Source of the DNA: Candidatus Omnitrophota bacterium | GTDB lineage: Bacteria > Omnitrophota > Gorgyraeia > Zapsychrales > Fredricksoniimonadaceae | Assembly: GCA_044225175.1 (NCBI GenBank) | Contig: JBGAJA010000003.1 | Location: 133,428-197,427, forward strand | Length of the DNA stretch: 64,000 bases | Direction: 5' to 3' | In this document: piece after piece, positions 10,319 to 21,000 of the stretch | Position numbering within the stretch: the stretch's first letter is position 1 | How the letters are laid out: each line of letters starts with the position of its first letter | The notes under the pieces: model-generated | What the model saw: only the letters and a program-made list of their open reading frames with translations | The model's database searches: none | What the model was told of the DNA's origin: nothing | Position numbers and translations under genes: made by a program

Positions 10319-11341
10319 ATGCCAAAAACTAAAATTATTTGTACCTTAGGACCAGCTTCTGATCCTAGTTCCGTTTTATTAAAAATGATGCGTGCAGGTA
10401 TGGATGTAGTAAGACTTAATTTCTCTCATGGCAGTTTGGAAGAACATCAGTCTCGCATTAATACCATAAAAGGATTAAATAGAAAATACCGCAGACATAT
10501 TAAGATTCTAGGAGATCTAGAAGGATACCGAGTCCGCATTGGTAGTCTAAAAGGAGGCCAGGGAATTGAAGTTAAGAAAGATCAAGAGATTTGGCTGACT
10601 AACAAGAATGTGGAAGGGCATGGAAAGATTCTTCCTTTTGATTATCATGGACCTTTATCTTTAATCAAAAGAGGCAGCCAAGTTTTTATTGATGATGGCA
10701 ATATTACTTTGGTTGTTTATAGCCATGGAAAGAATATTTTAAAGACTAGAGTTGTGGTTCCTGGAATTATTAAACAGCATAAAGGGATCAATATTCCAGA
10801 TGTGAAGCTTAAGTTTAAAGGAATTACCGATAAAGATGAAGTGAATATCCAGTTTTGTTTAAAGAATAAAATTGACTTTATTGCTCAATCTTTTGTTAGA
10901 AATAGGCAAGATGTCAGGAATTTAAAAAAACAAATTCCAAGAAAAGGACATCAGCCTCTTATTATTGCTAAGATTGAAGATCGCCAGGGAATTAGTAATA
11001 TTGACTCCATTATTCAATCCTGCGATGGAATTATGATCGCCCGTGGTGATATGGGTGTTTCTTTGCCTATCTATGAAGTTCCTATCATTCAGAAGGAAAT
11101 TATCCATAAATGTAACACAGAATGGAAATTTGCTATTACAGCAACCCAAATGCTAGAAAGCATGATCGTTAATCAAAGGCCTACCCGCGCAGAAGTTTCT
11201 GATGTGGCTAATGCCATTCTTGATGGTACTAATTATGTCATGCTATCTGGAGAAACCGCGGTTGGAGCCTATCCCGTCCGATGTGTGGAGATGATGAACA
11301 AAATTATTCAGTTTACGGAGATTCATAGAACGGGAATCTAA
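10319..11341 (+). CDS. pyk: pyruvate kinase, short form lacking the C-terminal domain
   Basis: [50 protein letters not shown]; RBS AAGGAG. Confidence 0.92.
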   Translation: MPKTKIICTLGPASDPSSVLLKMMRAGMDVVRLNFSHGSLEEHQSRINTIKGLNRKYRRHIKILGDLEGYRVRIGSLKGGQGIEVKKDQEIWLTNKNVEGHGKILPFDYHGPLSLIKRGSQVFIDDGNITLVVYSHGKNILKTRVVVPGIIKQHKGINIPDVKLKFKGITDKDEVNIQFCLKNKIDFIAQSFVRNRQDVRNLKKQIPRKGHQPLIIAKIEDRQGISNIDSIIQSCDGIMIARGDMGVSLPIYEVPIIQKEIIHKCNTEWKFAITATQMLESMIVNQRPTRAEVSDVANAILDGTNYVMLSGETAVGAYPVRCVEMMNKIIQFTEIHRTGI

Positions 11342-11379
11342 TGTAAGCTAAGTACCTCGCCTTTAGTTTTCTTCTCTCG

Positions 11380-11423
11380 TTAATCCTGAATTCATTTTAT
11401 CTTTATTTCTGCTTTGCTAAAGT
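11380..11423 (+). promoter_or_regulatory. phased direct-repeat promoter, regulon copy 1
   Basis: TTAATCC/TTCATTT/TTTATTT at 11380/11391/11402; TG-n-TAAAGT at 11418. Confidence 0.55.
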
Positions 11424-11469
11424 TCCTTTGCAGTTAATGGTGACCATTAACAAAAACAAGGAGTTTCCT

Positions 11470-11904
11470 ATGTCGACTAAACTCACCGATGCAATCATTG
11501 TAAAAGGTAATATCAGAGAGATCTATAAGTTATGGGCTAATTTTGAAAACTTTCCACACTTTATGAAAAATATTAAGTCAGTTACAAAAACAGGAGATGG
11601 AACAAGCCATTGGGTCATGGCAGGTCCTATGGGTAAAGATTTGGAATGGGATGCTCAAATTACCGAATTATTACCCCCTAAACGCATCGCGTGGAATAGT
11701 GTTGATGGAAACATTAAAACAAGTGGAGAAGTAACATTTAATCAATTAAATCACGATGAAACCCAGATCACCGTGTTAATGCAGTATTCGCCTCCTGCGG
11801 GAGTATGGGGAGATGTTGCTTCTCAGCTTATCGCTGATCCCGATAAAAGATTAGATGATGACCTAAGAGATTTTAAGAAGTTTGCGGAAGCTAGAATAGC
11901 TTAA
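11470..11904 (+). CDS. SRPBCC (polyketide cyclase/dehydrase-like) protein
   Basis: WANFENFPHFM, SHWV, EWDAQIT, RIAWNS; RBS AAGGAG. Confidence 0.85.
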   Translation: MSTKLTDAIIVKGNIREIYKLWANFENFPHFMKNIKSVTKTGDGTSHWVMAGPMGKDLEWDAQITELLPPKRIAWNSVDGNIKTSGEVTFNQLNHDETQITVLMQYSPPAGVWGDVASQLIADPDKRLDDDLRDFKKFAEARIA

Positions 11905-11927
11905 TAAAATAAATAAAGGCTCTTCGA

Positions 11928-11975
11928 GATCAAAGACCAGGCATCATTTTCATTAATGATGCCTGGTCTTTGATC
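11928..11975 (+). terminator. 21-bp perfect inverted repeat after the SRPBCC gene
   Basis: GATCAAAGACCAGGCATCATT-6 nt-AATGATGCCTGGTCTTTGATC. Confidence 0.65.
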
Positions 11976-12006
11976 CTTACCCACCATAATCCCTCTATCA
12001 AATAGA

Positions 12007-12035
12007 TTGACGAAATGCTGCATACCCTGTACTGT
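12007..12035 (+). promoter_or_regulatory. sigma70-type promoter
   Basis: TTGACG-17 nt-TACTGT. Confidence 0.5.
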
Positions 12036-12086
12036 GTAACTCGTACATCCAACACCCCTTCTAGCGAATTTCAAAAAGGAGCATCA

Positions 12087-12242
12087 TTGATCAAAAAAAC
12101 AGTTACCTCCCGAAAAGGAAGAAAATGCAAACAGCATGGCTGCAAGCATTTGTTAAGTATTTATAACCATGAAGCATATTGTCACGTGCATTCGGATCAT
12201 TCTTCGCATAAGCAAAGTTCAGTTGTAGTCAAATCAAGGTAG
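12087..12242 (+). CDS. small Cys/His (putative Zn-binding) protein
   Basis: RBS AAGGAG then TTG; RKCKQHGCKHLLSIYNHEAYCHVH. Confidence 0.55.
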   Translation: MIKKTVTSRKGRKCKQHGCKHLLSIYNHEAYCHVHSDHSSHKQSSVVVKSR

Positions 12243-12270
12243 GAACAAGTATAGTATAAAAAGGAAGATC

Positions 12271-13284
12271 ATGAAGATTAGCGAATTGGCAGTGCTTCTT
12301 GAAGGCACCTTTGAAGGTGATGCCAATACAGAAATTATCTCTTTAAGCGGTATTGCAAATTCGAAAGTAGGCGACTTAACATTTGCCATGGATGAAGAGA
12401 GGTTCGCAAGTGCCGAACAAAGCCAAAGCTCATGCATTTTAACTACAAAAAATACAAGAACCTCGTCCAAGCCTCTCATCCGTGTCCATAATCCTAAATT
12501 AGCTTTCCTTATAGCATATAATATTTTGTTACAAAAACCCGGCAGGGAAGCTTCTATTCATCCCACTGCTGCTATAGCAAGCTCTGTCCAATTGGGTGAG
12601 AATGTTTGTATTGCTTCACATGTGACCATTGAAGAAGATGTCGTGATTGGAAATAATGTAATGCTTGAAAGTGGAGTTACGGTGAAAAGGAATTGCAAAA
12701 TTGGAGATTTTTGTCACCTCCAAAATCAAGTCGTACTTTATGAAAACACTATTTTAGAGAACAATGTTGTTCTTCACAGCGGGGTGATTGTAGGCTCGGA
12801 TGGATTTGGTTATGTGAAAGATAAGGGTATTATTTATAAATTTCCTCAATTAGGAAAAGTGATTATACGAGAGAATGTGGAAATTGGCGCAAATTCGACG
12901 ATTGATCGAGGATCCTTAGATGACACTATAATAGGGCCTAATTCTAAAATCGATAACCTTTGTCATATTGCTCATAATGTAAAAATAGGAAAAAATTTCA
13001 TTATGGCCGCTCAAAGCGGAATAGCTGGAAGTACTGTCATTGGAGACAATGTCACAATTAGCGGACAAGTTGCCATTACTGACAATGTGACAATTGGGCA
13101 TAATGTTAAAGTTGGCGGAAAAAGCGCTGTGATTGGTCATATTGAAGATAATGCAGTTTTTTGGGGCATTCCCGCCCGCCCATTAAAGCAGGTCAAAAGA
13201 CAAATGGCTGTTCTCGCATGGCTTACTAAGAACTTTTCATTTCTCTCACGATCTATCAAAGAAAAAGAAGTATTGACCCCGTAA
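12271..13284 (+). CDS. lpxD: UDP-3-O-acylglucosamine N-acyltransferase
   Basis: Hexapeptide repeats; GSDGFGY, PQLGKVII, IDRGSLDDT, KIDNLCHIAHNV. Confidence 0.93.
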   Translation: MKISELAVLLEGTFEGDANTEIISLSGIANSKVGDLTFAMDEERFASAEQSQSSCILTTKNTRTSSKPLIRVHNPKLAFLIAYNILLQKPGREASIHPTAAIASSVQLGENVCIASHVTIEEDVVIGNNVMLESGVTVKRNCKIGDFCHLQNQVVLYENTILENNVVLHSGVIVGSDGFGYVKDKGIIYKFPQLGKVIIRENVEIGANSTIDRGSLDDTIIGPNSKIDNLCHIAHNVKIGKNFIMAAQSGIAGSTVIGDNVTISGQVAITDNVTIGHNVKVGGKSAVIGHIEDNAVFWGIPARPLKQVKRQMAVLAWLTKNFSFLSRSIKEKEVLTP

Positions 13285-13313
13285 TTCTTACCTGTGTGTT
13301 TCAAATCTTCTGT

Positions 13314-13357
13314 TTAATATTATTTTAACGATCACTTAATCTTATCAAAGCTATATT
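13314..13357 (+). promoter_or_regulatory. phased direct-repeat promoter, regulon copy 2
   Basis: TTAATAT/TTAACGA/TTAATCT at 13314/13325/13336; TATATT at 13352. Confidence 0.55.
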
Positions 13358-13402
13358 GAGATTAAGAATTCTTATTAATGATTTATTAAAAAGGAGCAGA
13401 AT

Positions 13403-13966
13403 ATGACGAAAAAAGATAAGTTAGCAAATCTTTGCGATTTATATGTCCATGAGTTAAAAGACATTTATAACGCAGAAAAACAAATTACTAAAGCATTGCC
13501 TAAATTAGCAAAGGCCGCCTCATCCCCAGACCTTAAGAGTGCTTTTGAAGAACATCTACAGCAAACCCATCAACAAATTGAAAGATTAGATAAGATCTTC
13601 CAACGTTTATCAAAGAGTTCCACGGGGCCTAAATGCAAGGGCATGGAAGGTTTATTAACCGAAGGAGACGAATTCACAAAAGAAGAGGCTTCTCCTGAAG
13701 TTCTCGATGCTGGGATGATTGTTGCAGCCCAAAAGGTTGAACATTATGAAATTGCAGCCTACGGGAGTTTATGCACATATGCAGAAATGCTGGGGTTTGA
13801 GGAAGATCTGGAACTTCTAAAAGAAACCCTCAATGAGGAAGAAGAGACAGATCAAAATCTGACCCAACTGGCCGAATCTCATATCAATGAACAAGCCGAA
13901 AAGCTAGGTATGGATTCTGAAGAAGAAAAACTTGCTGTTACAAATAGCAGCAGATCACGAAAATAA
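13403..13966 (+). CDS. ferritin-like DUF892 (YciE/YciF) stress protein
   Basis: ELKDIYNAEKQ, HLQQT, CKGMEGL, AAQKVEHYEIAAYG. Confidence 0.9.
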   Translation: MTKKDKLANLCDLYVHELKDIYNAEKQITKALPKLAKAASSPDLKSAFEEHLQQTHQQIERLDKIFQRLSKSSTGPKCKGMEGLLTEGDEFTKEEASPEVLDAGMIVAAQKVEHYEIAAYGSLCTYAEMLGFEEDLELLKETLNEEEETDQNLTQLAESHINEQAEKLGMDSEEEKLAVTNSSRSRK

Positions 13967-13974
13967 AAATTCTA

Positions 13975-14007
13975 AAAAGACCATGAGGAATCTTCTCATG
14001 GTCTTTT
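13975..14007 (+). terminator. intrinsic terminator
   Basis: AAAAGACCATGAG / CTCATGGTCTTTT inverted repeat. Confidence 0.7.
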
Positions 14008-14025
14008 ATTTTAGAAAGGAAGCCT

Positions 14026-14124
14026 ATGCGTTTTATACTGTCTACGTTGATGATTACCTGTGGTTTTCTCCTTTATGGGTATACCCTAGATAAACAATCC
14101 TCGTATGCAGATATAAAAGATTAG
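14026..14124 (+). CDS. 32-aa hydrophobic peptide (not in ORF track)
   Basis: RBS AAAGGA; MRFILSTLMITCGFLLYGYTLDKQSSYADIKD. Confidence 0.35.
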   Translation: MRFILSTLMITCGFLLYGYTLDKQSSYADIKD

Positions 14125-14198
14125 AATCCCCATTAATTGTCAGCTGAGTTGCAAAGGTTTTTTCTTTAAGTTACAATGTCTATACTTAAGGGGGATAG

Positions 14199-14609
14199 AT
14201 GGATCGAAAGAAAATTATTGTAACGATATGGCTTGCAACATTGGTCTTGGCTCCATTATTTTTCTTTTTGTCTTCCAAAGCGGATCGTTATTTCCTATCT
14301 AACCGTGTATTATCCAACGAAAAAATATCCCTTCAAAATCAATCCTTCGAAAAGAGAAAAGGATTTGATCTTTTTAGAAGTCCAGCTGATGATGAGCGAT
14401 TAATCAAAATGCTTGAAGATCGTATGCATGAAGACCAGAGAATTTTCTTTATATTGTTAGCCATTATTTTTGTCATCCTTAATATTGCGGCATGTCTCTT
14501 GTATGTCTTTAATATGAAACCAGTATCCATTGTGACATTGATGCTGTTCTATGTTTTGATAGGAGTTTTTCTTGTAATGCAAAGTTTAATAAGGATCAAC
14601 CCACATTAA
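14199..14609 (+). CDS. membrane hypothetical protein
   Basis: Three hydrophobic segments; RBS GGGGA. Confidence 0.6.
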   Translation: MDRKKIIVTIWLATLVLAPLFFFLSSKADRYFLSNRVLSNEKISLQNQSFEKRKGFDLFRSPADDERLIKMLEDRMHEDQRIFFILLAIIFVILNIAACLLYVFNMKPVSIVTLMLFYVLIGVFLVMQSLIRINPH

Positions 14610-14618
14610 GGAGAGTAT

Positions 14619-15167
14619 ATGCATGATAGTCTTTCAGAACGAGGACACACTTTAGAAGAACTATTCTTTAGACAACGTGATGCGGAGCTTGTTGAGAAAC
14701 GCAAGAAACTTGAACAAATGGAAAAGAACAAAGAGGCACTGGCCAAAGTCTCGGGGATTAAGAATCCTAAGGTTTTAGATAAATTAGTTGAGTTGGAAGT
14801 CTCTCCTGCTATTTTAACTTCACTGACTGTTGTTCCACTTGTTGAAGTTGCTTGGGCTGATGGGAATTTAGATCAAAAAGAAAGAGAAGCGATATTGGCA
14901 GAAGCAGCCAAACACAATGCTGCGGACAATCAGCTTTTAGAATTCTGGCTTAAAGAAAGACCTTCTTCCAAGTTCTTGGAAGCATGGCTTCATTATATTG
15001 CAGGTCTTAAAGAAACGATGGATCCTAAAGAAATGGAAAGCTTAAAGAAAGAATTATTGCATGGAGCCAATACAGTTGCCAAAGCAGCTGGAGGAGGCTT
15101 TTTAGGATTAGAAAGAGTATCTCCAGAAGAAAAAGCAGTTTTAAAGAAAATGGAAGAAGCATTTTAA
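14619..15167 (+). CDS. TerB-like hypothetical protein
   Basis: LEELFF, VPLVEVAWADG, GGFLG motifs; RBS AAGGAG. Confidence 0.65.
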   Translation: MHDSLSERGHTLEELFFRQRDAELVEKRKKLEQMEKNKEALAKVSGIKNPKVLDKLVELEVSPAILTSLTVVPLVEVAWADGNLDQKEREAILAEAAKHNAADNQLLEFWLKERPSSKFLEAWLHYIAGLKETMDPKEMESLKKELLHGANTVAKAAGGGFLGLERVSPEEKAVLKKMEEAF

Positions 15168-15199
15168 TATGTAACACCTTCGTTTAACCCTCACTATTC

Positions 15200-15232
15200 T
15201 TCATCTTCTCTTCATCTTTGTTTTGATACACT
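15200..15232 (+). promoter_or_regulatory. phased direct-repeat promoter, regulon copy 3
   Basis: TTCATCT at 15200 and 15211; TG-n-TACACT at 15227. Confidence 0.6.
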
Positions 15233-15243
15233 AAATTATAAAG

Positions 15244-15271
15244 GTAGAGACGCATAGCAATGCGTCTCTAC
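15244..15271. repeat. GTAG-type REP-like palindrome
   Basis: GTAGAGACGCAT-AGCA-ATGCGTCTCTAC; related copies at 47451 and 59892. Confidence 0.7.
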
Positions 15272-15296
15272 GGTAAAATTAAAAAAGGATGAAAAA

Positions 15297-15815
15297 ATGA
15301 AAAAAATTCTTATCAGTTCTTTTATCGTCATTAGCAGTTGGACTATGTATTCCTTTAGTTTTGCTGAAACATGGCAGGATACTGCTCCAACAATTACAGG
15401 AGATTCTGGTGTTAGTGCTCAAGGAAGTACCGTCACTTCAAATACTCCCGGACTAAATAGTACTACTCCTCAGAGATCTGTCAGTACTCAAGGCAGAGGA
15501 GTAAGTTCAGAAACCCGAGGACTAAATAGCACAACTCCTGATCGTGCTGTGAGTACTCAAGGAAGAGCTGTTAGTTCTCAGACTCGAGGAATTAACAGTA
15601 CTGACCGACAAGAACAAGGGATTTTTATAAGTAATACTCCCAGTAATTTTGTCAGTGCTGCTACTAGTAATGCTACCAGTAATGCTACCAGTAATGCGGA
15701 TGCTACAGGAACTACAGATTCTCAAACATTTAATTCTGCCTCAGATGCTGAGAATTCATCCACGTTTCCAAGTGACACATCTTTTAATGTAACCAATGCA
15801 GAAAATGAAGATTAA
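15297..15815 (+). CDS. secreted Ser/Thr-rich protein with 23-aa tandem repeats
   Basis: Signal peptide; T(P/R)GLNSTTP..VSTQGR.VSS twice plus a partial copy; ATSN x3. Confidence 0.65.
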   Translation: MKKILISSFIVISSWTMYSFSFAETWQDTAPTITGDSGVSAQGSTVTSNTPGLNSTTPQRSVSTQGRGVSSETRGLNSTTPDRAVSTQGRAVSSQTRGINSTDRQEQGIFISNTPSNFVSAATSNATSNATSNADATGTTDSQTFNSASDAENSSTFPSDTSFNVTNAENED

Positions 15816-15833
15816 CAAACCTAAGGAGAAAAA

Positions 15834-16277
15834 ATGAGTAATAGAATCCTACAACTTACATTAGCAATTACAGCATGTTTCGCTACAACCATGTGCTATG
15901 CGGCGAATTTCAACAACCCGGTAGAAGGAAGATTAAAGGCGGTTTATGGAGATTTCATTTCTGTTATTATTCCTTCAACTACCATGAAGTCTAATGATAG
16001 CAATGATATGAAAAAGGGAGAACTTACTATGAAACTAAGTCCTTCCACGCGTTATGAGAATTTTAGTCAATTAAGTGACCTAAAATCAGGGGATTTAGTC
16101 AGAGTCACCTATGAAGAGGGGCTTGCTGCTAAGGATTCATCATTTACAGCTACTCATATTACCAAACTCGAATCAGCAACCGATGGTACTAAAGAAGTAA
16201 GTACTACATCAGTGACTACAACGACTGTGACTACAAATACTGTCGTTCCTGACGATTATCGTCAGAATAACTACTAG
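15834..16277 (+). CDS. secreted OB-fold-like hypothetical protein
   Basis: Signal peptide; LSDLKSGDLVRVTY; RBS AAGGAG. Confidence 0.6.
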   Translation: MSNRILQLTLAITACFATTMCYAANFNNPVEGRLKAVYGDFISVIIPSTTMKSNDSNDMKKGELTMKLSPSTRYENFSQLSDLKSGDLVRVTYEEGLAAKDSSFTATHITKLESATDGTKEVSTTSVTTTTVTTNTVVPDDYRQNNY

Positions 16278-16287
16278 AACAGCATTC

Positions 16288-16327
16288 TCTCATGACCGAA
16301 GAATATTTCGGTCATGAGATGTTTTTT
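16288..16327 (+). terminator. intrinsic terminator
   Basis: TCTCATGACCGAA / TTCGGTCATGAGA plus T-run. Confidence 0.7.
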
Positions 16328-16353
16328 CCTTCCCATCATGCTATTGTGAAGGC

Positions 16354-17886
16354 ATGACAAATCCTCTATATACTCCAGAACAAATCCAGCAATGCATAAT
16401 CTTATTGGAGAATTTAATATCTAATAGCGAACAGCTCGCTCATTTATCGCCAGAGCACAGGCTTGCTTTAATTAAAGCCAGTGGAGCTTTGTCACGGCCT
16501 AATCGTGATGAACTGCGAAAAAGAAGAAAAGATAGTTCCAAGCTTAAACGTCAGAAGATTGATCATCATGAAAGAAAAGTACGCGCCCAAACCGGCATAC
16601 GCAAAGCAAGAGAGGCCTCTGTATTTAGCGCTCCTTTACAAATTGCGAATCCTGACACGGCGGTTATTAAGCCTTCTGAATTAATTAACCCCAGAGATTG
16701 TTATGTATGTAAACAGGCCTTTACACAGTTACATTTTTTTTATGACACTATGTGTCCGACGTGTGCAGAGTTAAATTATGCTAAGCGCTTCCAGAGTGCT
16801 TCTTTAGAAGGACAGGTTGCTTTAATAACGGGATCCCGTTTAAAGATTGGCTATCAGGCTTCTTTGATGATGCTACGTGCAGGGGCTCTGGTTATTGCAA
16901 CTACACGTTTTCCTGTTGATTCTGCGTTTCGCTATTCTAAAGAAAAAGACTTTAGTGAATGGAAGCACCGCCTGCATATTTATGGGCTTGATCTTAGACA
17001 TACCCCTAGTGTAGAAATTTTCTGCAATTACGTAGAGCAGCGTTATGATCGGCTGGATTTGTTGATTAATAATGCAGCCCAAACAGTTAGGCGTCCCCCT
17101 GGTTTTTATGCTCATTTAATGCCCAATGAGATTATTGACTTTGATGCATTGCCAGCAGATATTCAAGCACTACTTCGGCCTTTTGAGGAGTGTAAAACTA
17201 GAATCACATCTATGTCTCCGTCGAGGAATACAGATTTAAAGCCTGTGTTGGAATGGAATGGGAAGATGACAGGTATGGGGCTTCATGCCTCGGCCAAGCT
17301 TTCCCAGATCCCCTATATTCACGATAATGCTCTTTCATCAGAAAAAGTATTTCCCAAAGGACAATTGGATGCTGATTTACAGCAGGTTGATCTTCGTCAG
17401 ATGAATAGCTGGCGGCTGTCTTTGGGAGAAATTGATACAGCTGAAATGATCGAACTTCAGCTGGTAAATTCGATAGCTCCTTTTGTATTATGTAATAAGT
17501 TATCAGGAATGATGAAGCGTGAGAATACCGGCAAGAAACATATCGTGAATGTCTCTGCCATGGAAGGTAAGTTTCATCGCTTTACCAAAACAGATAAACA
17601 TCCCCACACTAATATGGCTAAGGCAGCTCTTAATATGCTTGTTCGTACATCCGCTAGCGGATTAGTCAAGCATGGAATTTTTATGAATGCTGTAGATACT
17701 GGCTGGGTCACGGATGAGGATCCCTTAAGATTTTCTTCATATAAGCAAGAAGTATTAGATTTTCAGCCACCTTTGGATATTGTAGATGGTGCCGCTCGTG
17801 TTTGTGATCCTTTCTTTGATGGAATTAAAACAGGCCAGCATTGGTGCGGTAAATTTCTTAAAGATTATTACCCAGTTGATTGGTAA
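16354..17886 (+). CDS. extended SDR oxidoreductase with N-terminal CxxC..CxxC
   Basis: CYVCK...[43 protein letters not shown]. Confidence 0.8.
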   Translation: MTNPLYTPEQIQQCIILLENLISNSEQLAHLSPEHRLALIKASGALSRPNRDELRKRRKDSSKLKRQKIDHHERKVRAQTGIRKAREASVFSAPLQIANPDTAVIKPSELINPRDCYVCKQAFTQLHFFYDTMCPTCAELNYAKRFQSASLEGQVALITGSRLKIGYQASLMMLRAGALVIATTRFPVDSAFRYSKEKDFSEWKHRLHIYGLDLRHTPSVEIFCNYVEQRYDRLDLLINNAAQTVRRPPGFYAHLMPNEIIDFDALPADIQALLRPFEECKTRITSMSPSRNTDLKPVLEWNGKMTGMGLHASAKLSQIPYIHDNALSSEKVFPKGQLDADLQQVDLRQMNSWRLSLGEIDTAEMIELQLVNSIAPFVLCNKLSGMMKRENTGKKHIVNVSAMEGKFHRFTKTDKHPHTNMAKAALNMLVRTSASGLVKHGIFMNAVDTGWVTDEDPLRFSSYKQEVLDFQPPLDIVDGAARVCDPFFDGIKTGQHWCGKFLKDYYPVDW

Positions 17887-18005
17887 GTCATTGCAATCAA
17901 TATATTTAGATCATTCCGATCATTTCCATCCCCTTAAGTGGCACATTCTGCCTTCATAGTTTATACTCTATCCTACTAATATAAATACTAGTAATAGGAG
18001 CCATT

Positions 18006-21000
18006 TTGTATCATTGGAACTTTAAAATAGTAAAAAGACGTTTAATATCCCTTGTATTAGTCTTGAGTTTCGGATTAAGCGCTGTTTTCCCTGGATCTGC
18101 CTTAGGGATTGAACCACAAGTACTGAATTTACCAGTTTCAGGAACTATGGTAACCAGTACGCCTGCTTTTCAGCCTATCTTGTTAAAAGGTATGACTTTA
18201 CATCCTGAGAATCCTCTTCAATTTGATTTCATTGTGGATGTGGGGGATCAGAAGATTCGAGGACAACAATTACGTCAAGAATCATCAAAATTGATTAAAT
18301 ATTTCCTCGCAGCTCTTACAGTTCCTGAAAAGGAAATGTGGGTCAATTTATCACCTTATGAAAAAGATCGTATAATTCCTGAAAGCTTTGGTCTCACAGA
18401 GATGGGTCGTGATTTATTAGCTCAGGATTACATCTTAAAACAACTCACAGCTTCCCTCATTTATCCTGAGAAAGACTTAGGAAAAGCATTTTGGTCGCAA
18501 GTCTATAAGAAACTCCAGGAACAGTACGGAACAACGGACATTCCCATCAATACCTTTAATAAGGTGTGGATAGTCCCTGACAAGGCCTCCGTTATGGAAT
18601 ACAACTCAAGTGTATTTGTGAAGGAGAGCCATCTGAAGGTGATGCTGGAGGAGGATTATTTATCATTACAGAAAAATCATGCCTCCACGACAAATCAAAT
18701 TGGTTCCAAAATTATCCGCAACTTGATCCTTCCCGAAATCGAAAAAGAGGTTAATGAAGGTCAGAATTTCTCCAATCTTCGCCAAATCTACAACTCTATG
18801 ATTTTAGCCACATGGTACAAAATTCGTCTAAAAGAGAGTCTTCTGGGGAAACTCTACGTGGATCAGAATAAAGTCAAAGGCATTGACCTTAAGGATACTC
18901 AAGTTAAGCAGAAGATCTACGAACAATATCTCAAATCATTCAAAAAAGGCGTTTACAACTACATCAAAGAAGAACAGGACCCTATAACTGAGAAGATGAT
19001 CCCAAGAAAGTATTTCTCAGGAGGATTCGAAGCTCAAAGTCTACCTGGTATAGTTCGTCAGAATTCAGAAATACTTCCAACAAGAGCTGCCATGTTTTCT
19101 GCAATTCAAAGAAAAGATTTAGCTCAAATGACTCAAGGGAGATTTACGATTGTTCAAGCAATATTGGGAGAAGTTAAAGATAAAGCTATGACCATCCAAG
19201 GAAATGTGATCAATGGCCTTCGCCTTGAAAGGAAACAAGAGGATGCACAAACAATCAGCATGATTGATCAGTGGATTCAAAAGTTAAATGAAGATAGCAA
19301 GGATATAAGATTGGAAGATTTAAGAAACAGTTTGTCTGTCCTTTTATGGGATCTCCTTGGTTCGGAAGATGAATTATGGCAAACAAATTCTATTGGTGAT
19401 TCCATTGCTTCTTTGAAAATTAAAGAATTATTGCGAGTACTCCAGGAATTCTGGAATAAGAATCCGTCACTGAAAAGAGAAAGATTTGAAGGAACGGTGC
19501 AAGTATTTTTAGATGTTATTGAGAAAAAGTTTAATGCCTTAAACGTGCCGCGTTTATATGTTTTTCATCAATTGCTCTGGCAAGACAATCCAAACATAGG
19601 GGCGCGGCTTATTCTTAAAACAATAAGACATATACTGGGTCATTATATTATTCTTGGAAAGAATGGCATTGATAGCAGCACTTCGTATTCCCATATTCTT
19701 GTAGATTTGTTGTACCTCAATCAACAGCTAAAAATTGCTGATAAAGAATTGTCTTCTAATACTCACGGTCCCAAGACATTGGTTTCTCTATTAAAAGAGA
19801 GACTTTTTAGCTATTCTTCACCCGCCTCACTTTTTTCTGATTCCCAGGCGGCTGAGATTATTTTTGGGCTTATCCTGGTAAATCCTCAATATGCTTTAGA
19901 AAATTTTACTGATCCACAGATGCTTCTTGAAGTTACAAGAATGTTTTGTGAGCATCCTGAGAAAGTGGCACTCAGAATACATACAGGGATTCGAACTTAC
20001 TTAAGTACTTATGTAAAGTGGCTAAGCCGCAGCAATGTCGATAAAATCCAGATCAATAAGAAAATCATAGATTCATTTGGACCATTACGTGGTAACGATG
20101 GTGAATTTTATGCAACTGATTGGGTTTGGGATTTTTCATCTAATCACAATGATCAATTAATTAGAGACTTTCAACGCAGTTTATTTCAATCGCCCTTTAA
20201 TGTATTAAACCGTTACAAAATGTTAATGGATTCTGTAATCAGTCAATTTGATACAGATCAATTGAATGATTTAAATTTCTATTCTTTGAAAAAAGATGAT
20301 CACGTCATTATGAAAGTAAGATTATCTGATGGAACAGACCAGGATGTTCTTTTTGTTGTTAAGGACAATAACTCAGAACTTGGAATGATCAATTTAATTG
20401 CATTGGATGGAGTATGGGAAGCTTCGCTTCATTTATCCAGGCAGTCACAAGACCAGGTTGTCAATAGGGTCCGCTATGATTGGGTGTATGGATCAATTGG
20501 CTCAAAGGTCAATGCGCTCATGAAAGCCAAACCTAAAGGGAAAATAACAATCAGCCATACTAATGCGGCTATGATTGCAGAATTTGAGGGGAAGATTTTG
20601 CTTGATCCTGAAAGTGGTCGCATACGTTATGGAACAACTGGTCCTATCTCTGAATTGAAAAGTGATCTTTGGTTCATTCGTCATGGTTCCACAGAAGGCG
20701 AAGAATTTAATCGTCTTAATAAGAAAGGTAAAGAGCAGGCAGAATATGCTGCTTCTCAGCTTTTCAACCTTTTAAGAGATAAAATAAAATCTGAAAAAGA
20801 GATTGTTGTTCTGACAAGTCCGTTAGAACGTGATCAAGAGACTGCTCAATTCTTTGTTGATTTAGTTAAGTTGAAATTAAACAAAGACTTAAAGATTGTC
20901 ATAGATACTGGTGTTAATGAGGCTGGGGAGAACTTTCTCGATTGGATTGCTAAAGCTAAGGATTGGATTGAGACAATTAATGAGAAGTATTCTAAAGATA

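Noticed and set aside
15444-15602. CRISPR-like array
   Set aside because: In-frame coding repeats without unique spacers; no cas genes or repeat-spacer array seen in the window.
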